Below are positions 13,967-27,111 of a DNA stretch of 64,000 bases, piece after piece. Position numbers and translations under genes: made by a program. The DNA is from Escherichia phage MLF4, in the sequence record NC_055780.1, one strand, 5' to 3'. How positions within the stretch are numbered: the first letter of the stretch is position 1; every line of letters starts with the position of its first letter. The notes under the pieces are model-generated. The model was not told the DNA's origin and searched no databases. It saw nothing but the letters and a program-made list of their open reading frames with translations.

Positions 13967-14299
13967 ATGTCTGACATTCATGTAACTGGAATTGCTCAAG
14001 TAAACATCCGCTGCCAATTTAAAACTGTACCTGGGGTGACTCATATTACTTTATCACACGACCCATATTCTCGTGGAAGACAGTTAACTGGTATAATTAA
14101 GTTTTTCGGTGGAATTGGCGGAAACGAATTTACTATAGGCGATGACGAAATTGTTGGCTGTAAATTAAAAGTTCAGAAGGGCGTGTTAGAACTTTTTAGT
14201 GATGAAGTTTTTGATGAAATCTCACGAGCAGTTAACAAAGGAATGTTAACGTTAATTAAAATGATTAAAGCTAGCGGATATGTTCCTGATCCTTTTTAA
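13967..14299 (+). CDS. Hypothetical protein (frd.x cluster)
   Basis: 110 aa ORF, RBS GAGGA. Confidence 0.55.
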   Translation: MSDIHVTGIAQVNIRCQFKTVPGVTHITLSHDPYSRGRQLTGIIKFFGGIGGNEFTIGDDEIVGCKLKVQKGVLELFSDEVFDEISRAVNKGMLTLIKMIKASGYVPDPF

Positions 14300-14310
14300 T
14301 AGGAGGCAAT

Positions 14311-15137
<827 letters not shown>

Positions 15138-15156
15138 AATAACGCGTGGCGGAAAT

Positions 15157-15504
15157 ATGAATTTTAATTATTACCCTATTCTGTTAGAAAAAGACGAGAA
15201 ACAGCCAAAATGGCAAGGTCCTCAGTTTATTAAAGGTGTCTATCAATTAGTAGTTCCTAAAGACAAGATTTATAGTAGCTGTTTCACTGAATCCGCTTGC
15301 AGTATTTTCGGTAATAGTTCTCCGTATTGGAATTTTGACATAAAGCTGGATAGAAATATCGATATTTGGTTGAAAGCTATGGATATTGGTAATATCACGT
15401 TTGATGAGAATAATTATCATATTATTGGTCGCTTTTCCAAACGCGGTAAAGAATTATATTTCACACCTGAAATTGAGAGAAAATTTGATGCTAAACCGTA
15501 TTGA
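15157..15504 (+). CDS. Hypothetical protein between frd and td
   Basis: 115 aa ORF with ATG at 15157; no recognisable motif. Confidence 0.5.
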   Translation: MNFNYYPILLEKDEKQPKWQGPQFIKGVYQLVVPKDKIYSSCFTESACSIFGNSSPYWNFDIKLDRNIDIWLKAMDIGNITFDENNYHIIGRFSKRGKELYFTPEIERKFDAKPY

Positions 15505-15549
15505 TTATTCAGCTTCATAAAATGTATTATAATTTATATAAGGTACTAA

Positions 15550-16410
15550 ATGAAACAATACCAAGATTTAATTAAAGACATTTTTGAAAATGGCTATGAA
15601 ACCGATGACCGAACGGGCACAGGAACAATTGCTTTGTTCGGTACTAAATTACGATGGGATTTAACTAAAGGCTTTCCTGCAGTAACAACTAAAAAGCTCG
15701 CCTGGAATGCATGCATTGCTGAGCTAATATGGTTTTTATCAGGAAGCACAAATGTCAATGATTTACGATTAATTCAATACGATTCGTTAATCCAAGGTAA
15801 AACAGTCTGGGATGAAAATTACGAAAATCAGGCAAAAGATTTAGGATATCATAGCGGTGAACTTGGTCCAATTTATGGAAAACAGTGGCGTGATTTTGGC
15901 GGTGTAGACCAAATTATAGAAGTTGTTGATCGTATTAAAAAACTGCCAAATGATAGGCGTCAAATTGTTTCTGCGTGGAATCCAGCTGAACTTAAATATA
16001 TGGCATTACCGCCTTGTCATATGTTCTATCAATTTAATGTTCGTAACGGATACCTTGACCTCCAGTGGTATCAACGTTCGGTAGATGTTTTCCTCGGTCT
16101 TCCATTTAATATTGCATCATATGCTACGTTAGTTCATATTGTAGCTAAGATGTGTAATCTTATTCCGGGAGATTTGATATTTTCTGGCGGTAATACTCAT
16201 ATCTATATGAATCACGTAGAACAATGTAAAGAAATTTTACGTCGTGAACCTATGGATTTATGCGAATTGCAATTAAAATTTCCAGATGAATTTGATGAAT
16301 GGGACACAGAATCGCAGGTATTTTGGTTGAGTCAATTCGCAAAGCCACATAATTTTGTTCTTAACAACTATGAATCACACCCTCCTATTAAAGGAAAGAT
16401 GGCGGTGTAA
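15550..16410 (+). CDS. td: Thymidylate synthase, uninterrupted (no intron)
   Basis: 286 aa contiguous ORF; [26 protein letters not shown]... with PCH catalytic motif; same length as the spliced T4 td product. Confidence 0.92.
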   Translation: MKQYQDLIKDIFENGYETDDRTGTGTIALFGTKLRWDLTKGFPAVTTKKLAWNACIAELIWFLSGSTNVNDLRLIQYDSLIQGKTVWDENYENQAKDLGYHSGELGPIYGKQWRDFGGVDQIIEVVDRIKKLPNDRRQIVSAWNPAELKYMALPPCHMFYQFNVRNGYLDLQWYQRSVDVFLGLPFNIASYATLVHIVAKMCNLIPGDLIFSGGNTHIYMNHVEQCKEILRREPMDLCELQLKFPDEFDEWDTESQVFWLSQFAKPHNFVLNNYESHPPIKGKMAV

Positions 16411-16430
16411 TTTTATTATTGCGAGGATAT

Positions 16431-16694
16431 ATGATTTTACGATTTAAAGATACTTCTGGTGCCGTTCTTTTTACACTTCCTAACCCAAGCGAGTTAGAAG
16501 TTCCAGGACCAGAACAGCCTATTACCATTTATGGTAAAAAATACTATACTCATAAAATGACTCGTGAGTATTTTGATAATAAAATTTCCACAGTTAAAAC
16601 TTCTTCCGATTGTTACTATGATATTACTGTATTAACGGAAAAACAATATGACGAATTATTCCAGCGTGGGCCGTCTATGCCGGGTAGTGAATAA
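16431..16694 (+). CDS. Hypothetical protein (nrdA.x-like)
   Basis: ORF with RBS GAGGAT before ATG at 16431 (the track start at 16419 is a TTG). Confidence 0.5.
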   Translation: MILRFKDTSGAVLFTLPNPSELEVPGPEQPITIYGKKYYTHKMTREYFDNKISTVKTSSDCYYDITVLTEKQYDELFQRGPSMPGSE

Positions 16695-16974
16695 ATACAA
16701 ATCCGACTTTGATGTTAATATTCACCGCGGTACATTTTGGGGAAATTACGTCGGTAAAGATGCTGGCAGCCGGGAGGCTGCCATTGAATTATTCAAAAAA
16801 GATTTTATACGTCGAATTAAATCCGGAGAAATAACTAAAGCACATTTAGAGCCTTTACGTGGAATGAGGCTAGGATGCACATGTAAACCAAAGCCGTGTC
16901 ATGGTGATATAATAGCTCATATAGTTAACCGATTGTTTAAAGACGATTTTCAAGTTGAGGACTTATGCAATTAA
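16648..16974 (+). CDS. Hypothetical protein with C-terminal [12 protein letters not shown] motif (DUF4326-like)
   Basis: 108 aa ORF; motif ...[24 protein letters not shown] resembles the CxCxP..CHGD signature of a domain of unknown function; overlaps the upstream ORF by 47 nt. Confidence 0.5.
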   Translation: MTNYSSVGRLCRVVNKYKSDFDVNIHRGTFWGNYVGKDAGSREAAIELFKKDFIRRIKSGEITKAHLEPLRGMRLGCTCKPKPCHGDIIAHIVNRLFKDDFQVEDLCN

Positions 16975-19229
16975 TTAATGTTATCAAAAGTAGTGGTGTT
17001 TCTCAGAGCTTTGACCCGCAAAAAATTATTAAAGTTTTATCTTGGGCAGCCGAAGGAACATCTGTAGATCCTTATGAATTATATGAAAATATTAAATCAT
17101 ATCTCCGTGATGGAATGACCACTGATGACATTCAAACCATTGTAATTAAGGCTGCTGCGAATTCTATTTCAGTTGAAGAGCCTGATTATCAATACGTAGC
17201 CGCTCGCTGTTTAATGTTTGCTCTTCGTAAGCATGTTTACGGACAATATGAACCACGTTCATTTATTGACCATATTTCTTACTGTGTAAATGAAGGTAAA
17301 TATGACCCTGAACTGCTGTCAAAATATTCAGCAGAAGAAATTACATTTTTAGAATCAAAAATTAAGCACGAGCGGGATATGGAATTTACTTATTCCGGTG
17401 CGATGCAATTAAAAGAAAAATATCTAGTTAAAGATAAAACCACTGGTCAAATTTATGAAACTCCGCAGTTTGCATTTATGACTATTGGAATGGCACTGCA
17501 TCAAGATGAACCTGTTGATAGATTAAAACATGTTATTCGTTTTTATGAAGCAGTATCTACTCGACAGATTTCATTACCAACTCCTATTATGGCTGGTTGT
17601 CGTACTCCGACTCGACAGTTTAGTTCATGTGTTGTTATTGAGGCAGGTGATTCGCTGAAGTCTATTAATAAGGCTTCAGCTTCAATTGTTGAATATATCT
17701 CTAAACGCGCTGGAATTGGTATTAACGTTGGTATGATTCGTGCCGAAGGTTCTAAGATTGGCATGGGTGAAGTCCGCCATACTGGTGTTATTCCTTTTTG
17801 GAAACATTTTCAGACTGCTGTTAAATCATGCTCACAGGGTGGAATTCGTGGCGGCGCTGCTACTGCTTATTATCCTATTTGGCATTTGGAAGTTGAAAAT
17901 CTTCTCGTTCTAAAAAATAACAAAGGTGTTGAAGAAAACCGTATTCGTCATATGGATTATGGTGTTCAGCTGAATGATTTGATGATGGAACGATTCGGAA
18001 AGAACGATTACATTACTTTGTTCAGTCCGCATGAAATGGGTGGCGAGCTTTATTATTCTTATTTTAAAGACCAAGACCGTTTCCGTGAATTATACGAAGC
18101 AGCAGAAAAAGACCCTAATATTCGTAAAAAACGTATTAAAGCCCGTGAACTATTTGAATTGCTCATGACTGAACGTTCAGGAACAGCAAGGATTTATGTA
18201 CAGTTCATTGATAATACGAATAACTATACTCCGTTTATTCGTGAAAAAGCACCTATTCGTCAGAGTAACTTGTGCTGTGAAATTGCTATTCCAACAAATG
18301 ATGTGAATAGCCCCGATGCTGAAATTGGATTGTGTACTCTCTCTGCATTCGTACTGGATAATTTTGACTGGCAAGACCAAGATAAAATTAATGAATTGGC
18401 AGAAGTCCAAGTTCGTGCTCTTGATAATCTTTTGGATTACCAAGGATATCCAGTTCCTGAAGCAGAAAAAGCTAAAAAGCGTCGTAACCTCGGTGTAGGT
18501 GTTACCAACTATGCAGCTTGGCTGGCAAGTAACTTTGCTTCTTATGAAGATGCTAACGATTTAACACATGAACTATTTGAGAGATTACAGTATGGACTCA
18601 TTAAAGCATCCATTAAGCTCGCCAAAGAAAAAGGACCTTGCGAATATTATTCAGACACTCGTTGGTCTCGAGGCGAATTACCTATCGACTGGTACAATAA
18701 AAAGATTGACCAAATCGCAGCTCCAAAATACGTTTGTGACTGGTCGTCGCTGCGGGAAGACCTTAAGCTCTTTGGCATCCGTAATAGCACATTATCAGCA
18801 CTTATGCCATGTGAGTCATCTTCCCAAGTTTCTAACAGTACAAACGGTATCGAGCCTCCACGTGGACCAGTCTCTGTTAAAGAATCAAAAGAGGGCTCCT
18901 TTAATCAAGTCGTGCCCAATATTGGGCATAACATAGACCTCTATGATTATACGTGGAAATTAGCTAAGAAAGGCAATAAACCTTATCTTACGCAAGTAGC
19001 TATTATGCTGAAATGGGTATGTCAATCAGCTTCAGCTAATACATATTATGACCCGCAGATTTTTCCAAAAGGAAAGGTTCCAATGTCAATAATGATTGAT
19101 GACCTTTTGTATTTTTGGTATTTTGGCGGAAAAAATTTCTATTATCATAATACCCGCGATGGTTCTGGTACTGATGATTATGAAATAGAAACTCCAAAAG
19201 CTGAAGATTGTTCATCCTGTAAATTATGA
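16965..19229 (+). CDS. nrdA: Aerobic ribonucleotide reductase large subunit
   Basis: 754 aa (same as T4 NrdA); N-terminal ATP-cone, active-site region ...NLCCEIAIP...; sequence matches recalled T4 NrdA start [12 protein letters not shown]. Confidence 0.92.
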   Translation: MQLINVIKSSGVSQSFDPQKIIKVLSWAAEGTSVDPYELYENIKSYLRDGMTTDDIQTIVIKAAANSISVEEPDYQYVAARCLMFALRKHVYGQYEPRSFIDHISYCVNEGKYDPELLSKYSAEEITFLESKIKHERDMEFTYSGAMQLKEKYLVKDKTTGQIYETPQFAFMTIGMALHQDEPVDRLKHVIRFYEAVSTRQISLPTPIMAGCRTPTRQFSSCVVIEAGDSLKSINKASASIVEYISKRAGIGINVGMIRAEGSKIGMGEVRHTGVIPFWKHFQTAVKSCSQGGIRGGAATAYYPIWHLEVENLLVLKNNKGVEENRIRHMDYGVQLNDLMMERFGKNDYITLFSPHEMGGELYYSYFKDQDRFRELYEAAEKDPNIRKKRIKARELFELLMTERSGTARIYVQFIDNTNNYTPFIREKAPIRQSNLCCEIAIPTNDVNSPDAEIGLCTLSAFVLDNFDWQDQDKINELAEVQVRALDNLLDYQGYPVPEAEKAKKRRNLGVGVTNYAAWLASNFASYEDANDLTHELFERLQYGLIKASIKLAKEKGPCEYYSDTRWSRGELPIDWYNKKIDQIAAPKYVCDWSSLREDLKLFGIRNSTLSALMPCESSSQVSNSTNGIEPPRGPVSVKESKEGSFNQVVPNIGHNIDLYDYTWKLAKKGNKPYLTQVAIMLKWVCQSASANTYYDPQIFPKGKVPMSIMIDDLLYFWYFGGKNFYYHNTRDGSGTDDYEIETPKAEDCSSCKL

Positions 19230-19280
19230 TATAATTTGACTCACGGACGAGTCACCAACTATTAACTAAGCGGAAAATTT

Positions 19281-20459
19281 ATGAGCACAGTTTTTAATAC
19301 AAATCCAGTTGATGTTTTAAAAGAACCTATGTTTTTTGGTTCAGGTCTTGGTATTGCGCGTTATGATATTCAACGTCATAAAGTTTTTGAAGATTTAACC
19401 GAAAAGCAATTATCATTTTTCTGGCGTCCTGAAGAAGTAAACTTGATGATGGATGCTGCACAGTTTAATAAGCTTCCTCAGTATCAGCAAAATATTTTTA
19501 CTAACAACTTGAAGTATCAATCACTTTTAGATAGCATTCAGGGTCGCGCGCCATCTGCTGTACTTATGTCATTAATTTCAGACCCAAGTCTTGATACATG
19601 GGTTGCTACATGGACTTTTAGTGAAACTATTCACAGTCGTTCATATACTCATATCATGCGAAATCTTTATACTGATCCATCGAAGGTATTTGATGAAATT
19701 GTATTAGATGAAGCTATTATGAAACGTGCTGAATCCATTGGACGTTATTATGATGATGTTCTGATTAAAACTCGTTATTGGGAAAACGCTAAAGCTGATA
19801 TCGAATACCAAAAAGAAATTAATGCAGACGAAGACGTTATTGAAGATGCTATTGAGCATGAGACATATTGGAAGCGTGAGCTAATGAAATCTCTTTACCT
19901 CTGTTTGCATGTAATCAACGCATTGGAAGCTATTCGTTTTTATGTATCTTTCGCATGTACCTTTAACTTCCATAAGAACATGGAAATCATGGAAGGTAAT
20001 GCCAAGATTATGAAGTTCATTGCACGCGATGAACAGCTTCACCTTAAAGGCACCCAATATATTATTCGTCAACTTCAATCTGGTACTGATGGCGATCAAT
20101 GGGTTAAAATTGCTCAAGAGTGTGAACAAGAAGCAGTTGATATTTTCATGGAAGTTAACCGCCAAGAAAAAGATTGGGCAGTTCATTTATTTAAAGATGG
20201 CGATGTTCCTGGATTAAATACAAATAGCATGTGGAGCTTTATTGATTACTTAACTGTATCTCGTATGAAACAGTGCGGTCTTCCATGCCCAATTACCGAT
20301 GCTCCGGTTAAACATCCATATCCTTGGATTCGTGAATATCTTAATTCTGATAATGTTCAATCCGCGCCACAAGAAGTAGAACTGTCATCTTATCTTGTTG
20401 CACAGATTGATAATGATGTTGATGATAAAGTTATGATGAGTTTTAAAAAATACTTTTAA
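19281..20459 (+). CDS. nrdB: Aerobic ribonucleotide reductase small subunit, uninterrupted
   Basis: 392 aa contiguous ORF immediately after nrdA (51-bp gap); no intron or intervening ORF. Confidence 0.9.
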   Translation: MSTVFNTNPVDVLKEPMFFGSGLGIARYDIQRHKVFEDLTEKQLSFFWRPEEVNLMMDAAQFNKLPQYQQNIFTNNLKYQSLLDSIQGRAPSAVLMSLISDPSLDTWVATWTFSETIHSRSYTHIMRNLYTDPSKVFDEIVLDEAIMKRAESIGRYYDDVLIKTRYWENAKADIEYQKEINADEDVIEDAIEHETYWKRELMKSLYLCLHVINALEAIRFYVSFACTFNFHKNMEIMEGNAKIMKFIARDEQLHLKGTQYIIRQLQSGTDGDQWVKIAQECEQEAVDIFMEVNRQEKDWAVHLFKDGDVPGLNTNSMWSFIDYLTVSRMKQCGLPCPITDAPVKHPYPWIREYLNSDNVQSAPQEVELSSYLVAQIDNDVDDKVMMSFKKYF

Positions 20460-20463
20460 GGAG

Positions 20464-20485
20464 TGGGCCGCAAGGCCCATTTTAT
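20464..20485 (+). terminator. Hairpin between nrdB and denA (weak terminator or RNA processing site)
   Basis: TGGGCCGCAAGGCCCA stem-loop followed by TTTTATT. Confidence 0.45.
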
Positions 20486-20486
20486 T

Positions 20487-22074
<1,588 letters not shown>

Positions 22075-22077
22075 GCT

Positions 22078-22131
22078 GTTTACAAGTCCCTCGTGTTGTG
22101 TTATAGTAGTCTTACTGACATAACATGAGGA
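22078..22131 (+). repeat. 54-nt early-promoter cassette, copy 1 (exact duplicate of 37883-37936)
   Basis: GTTTACAAGTCCCTCGTGTTGTGTTATAGTAGTCTTACTGACATAACATGAGGA identical at both sites; contains GTTTACA, 17 nt, TATAGT promoter boxes and an imperfect inverted repeat. Confidence 0.85.
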
Positions 22132-22135
22132 CTTT

Positions 22136-22642
22136 ATGATGGATTTGCAGCTTATTACTACTGAAATGGTCGTTGAAGCATACGGTGATACTACAGATGG
22201 GATTTCTGTATTCAAAGGAAATCGTCGAGTTGGATATATCACCGATCTTAAGAAAGATTTAGCTAAGCAAGTCAAGCGGAAAACGACCATTAAAGAATAT
22301 CGAAATCGTCGTCTTGAGCAAGCCCGTGATATGCTTCCTGATGCGGTTGAGGAGATGAAAGTCTTTTTAGAAAATCAACTCGCTAAGTATGATTGTGAAG
22401 TGTTTATTAATCAGACTCAACCTAATGTTCATATCAATAGCTGCAAATGTTATATCATCGTTAATCCTTTGACAGGAAAGCATCGTCTTGGAATTAGTAA
22501 TCCAAATCGTAGCGCATCGGATATGGCAGAAGATGTTGCGGCGTGCTTTAAAATTTCTAAATCTCCGGCTGAACATCATATTTTAATTAACGGTCTTTCT
22601 CAAGACGATATTATAGAGGTTATTAAAACTTTATGCATGTAA
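22136..22642 (+). CDS. alc: Probable Alc (host transcription inhibitor)
   Basis: 168 aa ORF in the T4 alc position (between rnlA and the spanin genes) with similar size; sequence identity not independently recalled. Confidence 0.6.
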   Translation: MMDLQLITTEMVVEAYGDTTDGISVFKGNRRVGYITDLKKDLAKQVKRKTTIKEYRNRRLEQARDMLPDAVEEMKVFLENQLAKYDCEVFINQTQPNVHINSCKCYIIVNPLTGKHRLGISNPNRSASDMAEDVAACFKISKSPAEHHILINGLSQDDIIEVIKTLCM

Positions 22643-22986
22643 GTAATTTTACAGCTGGATTGCTATTACTTGTAATAGCATTTGGCGGAACATCTATTAT
22701 TTTAAAAAATAAGGTAGAAAGATTAGAAACGTCTGTTGTAGAAATTACAAAAACGGCCAATGAAAACGCCTTAGCATTAAATAATTTGCGAATTCAGTAT
22801 AATTATATTGATGCGATGAATAATAAAAATCGTGAGGCGATTGCTGCTATTGAGCGTGAAAATGAAAAACTGCGCAAAGATGCAAAGAAGGCGGATGTGG
22901 TGGCTCGTAAGCCAGGATTGGTTGAAAAACAAATCAACAACTCCTTCAACAAGTTCGCAGAAGACATCCAGGACCTTTCTAAATGA
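22633..22986 (+). CDS. i-spanin (inner-membrane spanin subunit; T4 pseT.3 equivalent)
   Basis: N-terminal single TMD (AGLLLLVIAFGGTSIIL) followed by coiled-coil-like periplasmic region; directly upstream of the lipoprotein ORF. Confidence 0.7.
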   Translation: MHVSNFTAGLLLLVIAFGGTSIILKNKVERLETSVVEITKTANENALALNNLRIQYNYIDAMNNKNREAIAAIERENEKLRKDAKKADVVARKPGLVEKQINNSFNKFAEDIQDLSK

Positions 22987-23282
22987 TTAAATTATCTGCA
23001 GTAATATTATCTATTGGTCTTCTAGTTGGTTGTTCGACAAAGCCTCTAGAAGTAAAGAAAGAAACAGTTCATCCTAATTGGCCTGTGCAAATAAAGTCAT
23101 ATGACGAAGCTAAACTATCTTGGCAAGTTAAAGTTATTGATGGTAAAGCTTGGGTAGGTATGCCATTTGAAGATTCTCAGGAATTTCGTATTTGGCTTAA
23201 TGATGTAAAACGATATGTACATGACCAGAAAACTATGATATGTTATTATCGTCAAGAGCTAAAAGAGGATAAATGTAAATGA
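22983..23282 (+). CDS. o-spanin (outer-membrane lipoprotein spanin subunit; T4 pseT.2 equivalent)
   Basis: Signal peptide with lipobox LLVGC (MIKLSAVILSIGLLVGCS), several Cys, 99 aa; start overlaps the i-spanin stop by 4 nt. Confidence 0.7.
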   Translation: MIKLSAVILSIGLLVGCSTKPLEVKKETVHPNWPVQIKSYDEAKLSWQVKVIDGKAWVGMPFEDSQEFRIWLNDVKRYVHDQKTMICYYRQELKEDKCK

Positions 23283-23505
23283 TTTCATGGTATCAATTTG
23301 AACATCTAAAAGGATTAATTTATGAATCCGAGATGGCTGCAATGATTTATGGACGACAGATTCAACGATTAGAATCTTTACCTCCAACTAATGATGTTTT
23401 ATTAGCTCAATCACGCGCTAATCTCAAAAATGAATATCAAAATAAGTGGGGTAAAGCATCTAAAGACCTGCATGATTATATTCAATCATTGGTTGAGAAA
23501 AATAA

Positions 23506-23509
<4 letters not shown>
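23279..23509 (+). CDS. Hypothetical protein (pseT.1-like)
   Basis: 76 aa ORF, translationally coupled. Confidence 0.5.
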
Positions 23510-24709
<1,200 letters not shown>

Positions 24710-24710
<1 letters not shown>

Positions 24711-24907
24711 TGGCGTGGCATCATGAAACTTGGGCTATTATTATTGTAAATAGTGGTTTAGTCGGTACTAGTAATGGGCAATTTTGTGTATTCACTAGTG
24801 AAATCAGAGCTTGGGAGGAATGCCTTAAATTAAGAGAAAAGAATCCTGATGTTGAACTAACAGTAAAGAAAACTAAACTGCCTTTACCATGGAAAACTTA
24901 TGAATAA
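24710..24907 (+). CDS. Hypothetical small protein (cd.x cluster)
   Basis: 65 aa ORF. Confidence 0.45.
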
Positions 24908-25100
24908 CATAGAAAAAATTTATCATCTTTGCGATAAAATTGAAAAAGAAAAGAAATACCTGTTTTGTTTATGGCCTATTGTTAATGGAAGAGTAGGTTT
25001 AGATGTTCTTGATTATGAAACAGAAGACAAAGTAGATGGTTCAACTTTTGATAATGCGTTGGATGTTATTGATTGGCTTGAAGAAAATTATGTGAGGTAA
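24900..25100 (+). CDS. Hypothetical small protein (cd.x cluster)
   Basis: 66 aa ORF. Confidence 0.45.
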   Translation: MNNIEKIYHLCDKIEKEKKYLFCLWPIVNGRVGLDVLDYETEDKVDGSTFDNALDVIDWLEENYVR

Positions 25101-25102
25101 AT

Positions 25103-25378
25103 ATGTTTCCGACTTATTCTAAAATCGTAGAAGTAGTGTTTAGTCAAATTATCGCTAATAATATGTTTGAAAAGCTTGATAACGCAGCTGAACTTCGAAT
25201 CCATGCTCAAGTGACTCATGTATTGAACGCTTTGCTTCCAGACCAAGTGGATTCTATTGCAATTACGCTGTATCCAGGTTCCGCGCATATCATTGTCGTA
25301 TTCGGTCTTGATGCTGAGCTAGTCATCAAAGGCGACATTCGCTTTGAATCACAGACATCAGAATTCAAAGCAATTTAA
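25103..25378 (+). CDS. Hypothetical protein (cd.x cluster)
   Basis: 91 aa ORF. Confidence 0.5.
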   Translation: MFPTYSKIVEVVFSQIIANNMFEKLDNAAELRIHAQVTHVLNALLPDQVDSIAITLYPGSAHIIVVFGLDAELVIKGDIRFESQTSEFKAI

Positions 25379-25380
25379 TA

Positions 25381-25410
25381 GTTTACTTTACGGTAGAGTT
25401 GTGATATTAT
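25381..25410 (+). promoter_or_regulatory. Early-type promoter with stem-loop around the -10 box
   Basis: GTTTACT, 17-nt spacer, TATTAT; inverted repeat GGTAGAG / CTCTACC brackets the -10 region. Confidence 0.5.
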
Positions 25411-25440
25411 AGCTCTACCAAACAAATGAGGAAATTGAAA

Positions 25441-25968
25441 ATGAGCGAATGGTTTGAAGAAGATAAGGTTTATCGCTTTAAAGCTGGATATAAAGATATT
25501 TTTAATGAAACCTGTGGGGCTAATAAACGAATTGCCCAGTTTATTGATGAAAATTCATTTAAAGTAAAAATTGATCCTGCGAAGAATGTTATTAGCATTA
25601 AACGCGAAATTGACGATTACTGGTATAAAGCTGTTGATGTAATGGACGAATGCTATAAAGATAGCCCGTTGTTTTCAATTACTTATATGTCAGAATATTA
25701 TTTTTTCGAAGAAGTTCAAAAAGATGATTCTGTCAGTAAATTTGAAATTAAAACTGATAAAGAAATTAAATGGAAAGTAGTAGGTATTACTGGTTGTATG
25801 TTTTATATCTATGCTCAAACTGATACGAAGGAAGAAGCTAAAAAGAAAGCTCTAGAATATCTTGAAGAGTATGAAGAAGGTCCAGTAATGATTACCCAAG
25901 ATGCTGAATTAGTTTCTGTCAAATTAGTTAAAAACGTTGAAAGTAAGGAGCTGGGATCAACATGCTAA
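25441..25968 (+). CDS. Hypothetical protein (cd.x cluster)
   Basis: ORF with RBS GAGGA before ATG at 25441 (the track start at 25426 is less likely). Confidence 0.5.
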   Translation: MSEWFEEDKVYRFKAGYKDIFNETCGANKRIAQFIDENSFKVKIDPAKNVISIKREIDDYWYKAVDVMDECYKDSPLFSITYMSEYYFFEEVQKDDSVSKFEIKTDKEIKWKVVGITGCMFYIYAQTDTKEEAKKKALEYLEEYEEGPVMITQDAELVSVKLVKNVESKELGSTC

Positions 25969-26198
25969 GTGAAAAACCAATTACTGTTAAAGAATTTCAA
26001 GAAAAAGTTAAACTATTTGCGCAGGAATTAGTAAATAAGGTTTCTGAACGATTTCCTGAAACATCGGTTCGTGTTATTACCGAAACTCCTCGTTCAGTAT
26101 TAGTAATTGTGAATCCAGGTGATGGCGATCAAATATCGCATCTTAAATTGGATTTTGATGGATTAGTTGAAGCACAAAGGGTGTATGGCGTACTATGA
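25962..26198 (+). CDS. Hypothetical protein (cd.x cluster)
   Basis: 78 aa ORF with RBS AAGGAG. Confidence 0.5.
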   Translation: MLSEKPITVKEFQEKVKLFAQELVNKVSERFPETSVRVITETPRSVLVIVNPGDGDQISHLKLDFDGLVEAQRVYGVL

Positions 26199-26533
26199 TG
26201 AATTTAACTGATATAATTGATAATTGTCTTGAAAATGATACTGGCGATCATAGAGCGCTTGATTCTGAAACAGCACAGTTCATTAGAATAACTTTAATGA
26301 ATGATACTCTGGTGAATAGTATTCATCCTTCTGTGTATGATGCTATTATTGTGACGAAGTATCCAGTTGAGCTTCACAAAAAGATGACTGGCGCAGTTTT
26401 TATTGATAAGAAAAACCGCTTTAAAGATGGGCAGAATATAATTAGTTCTGTTATTAAAAGTATAACTAAACTTCGTCACGAAATTTATCGTGTTGAAACT
26501 GCTAAATCTGCTTATCTGGTGATTATGAAATGA
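26195..26533 (+). CDS. Hypothetical protein (cd.x cluster)
   Basis: 112 aa ORF, coupled to cd. Confidence 0.5.
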   Translation: MMNLTDIIDNCLENDTGDHRALDSETAQFIRITLMNDTLVNSIHPSVYDAIIVTKYPVELHKKMTGAVFIDKKNRFKDGQNIISSVIKSITKLRHEIYRVETAKSAYLVIMK

Positions 26534-27111
26534 AAGCGAGTACAGTACTTCAAATTGCATATTTAGTATCGCAGGAATCAAAATGTTGCTCCTGGAAGGT
26601 AGGAGCAGTAATTGAAAAGAATGGACGTATTATTTCTACTGGGTATAATGGTTCACCCGCAGGGGGTGTGAACTGTTGTGATTATGCTGCTGAGCAAGGT
26701 TGGTTGCTGAATAAGCCTAAACATACTATTATCCAAGGTCATAAACCCGAATGTGTATCATTTGGTTCAACTGATCGTTTTGTCTTGGCGAAAGAACATC
26801 GTAGCGCTCACTCTGAATGGTCGTCTAAAAATGAAATTCATGCTGAACTAAATGCGATTTTGTTTGCTGCACGAAATGGTTCTTCAATTGAAGGTGCTAC
26901 TATGTATGTAACACTTTCTCCTTGCCCAGATTGTGCAAAAGCAATAGCTCAATCTGGAATTAAAAAGTTGGTTTATTGTGAAACATACGATAAAAATAAA
27001 CCTGGCTGGGATGATATTCTGCGAAATGCAGGTATTGAAGTGTTTAATGTTCCTAAGAAAAACTTGAATAAGTTAAACTGGGAAAATATCAACGAATTCT
27101 GTGGTGAATAA
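26530..27111 (+). CDS. cd: dCMP deaminase
   Basis: 193 aa; zinc-binding motifs HAELNA and PCPDCA; matches recalled T4 Cd. Confidence 0.9.
   Translation: MKASTVLQIAYLVSQESKCCSWKVGAVIEKNGRIISTGYNGSPAGGVNCCDYAAEQGWLLNKPKHTIIQGHKPECVSFGSTDRFVLAKEHRSAHSEWSSKNEIHAELNAILFAARNGSSIEGATMYVTLSPCPDCAKAIAQSGIKKLVYCETYDKNKPGWDDILRNAGIEVFNVPKKNLNKLNWENINEFCGE

Noticed and set aside
15550-20459. Search for group I introns and intron-encoded endonucleases in td and nrdB, and for a mobE-like gene between nrdA and nrdB
   Set aside because: td (286 aa) and nrdB (392 aa) are contiguous full-length ORFs and the nrdA-nrdB gap is only 51 bp, so these elements are absent here.
22136-22642. Possibility that this ORF is a novel gene rather than alc
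   Set aside because: Position and size fit T4 alc, so the conventional assignment is kept, but I could not recall the Alc sequence to confirm and confidence is moderate.
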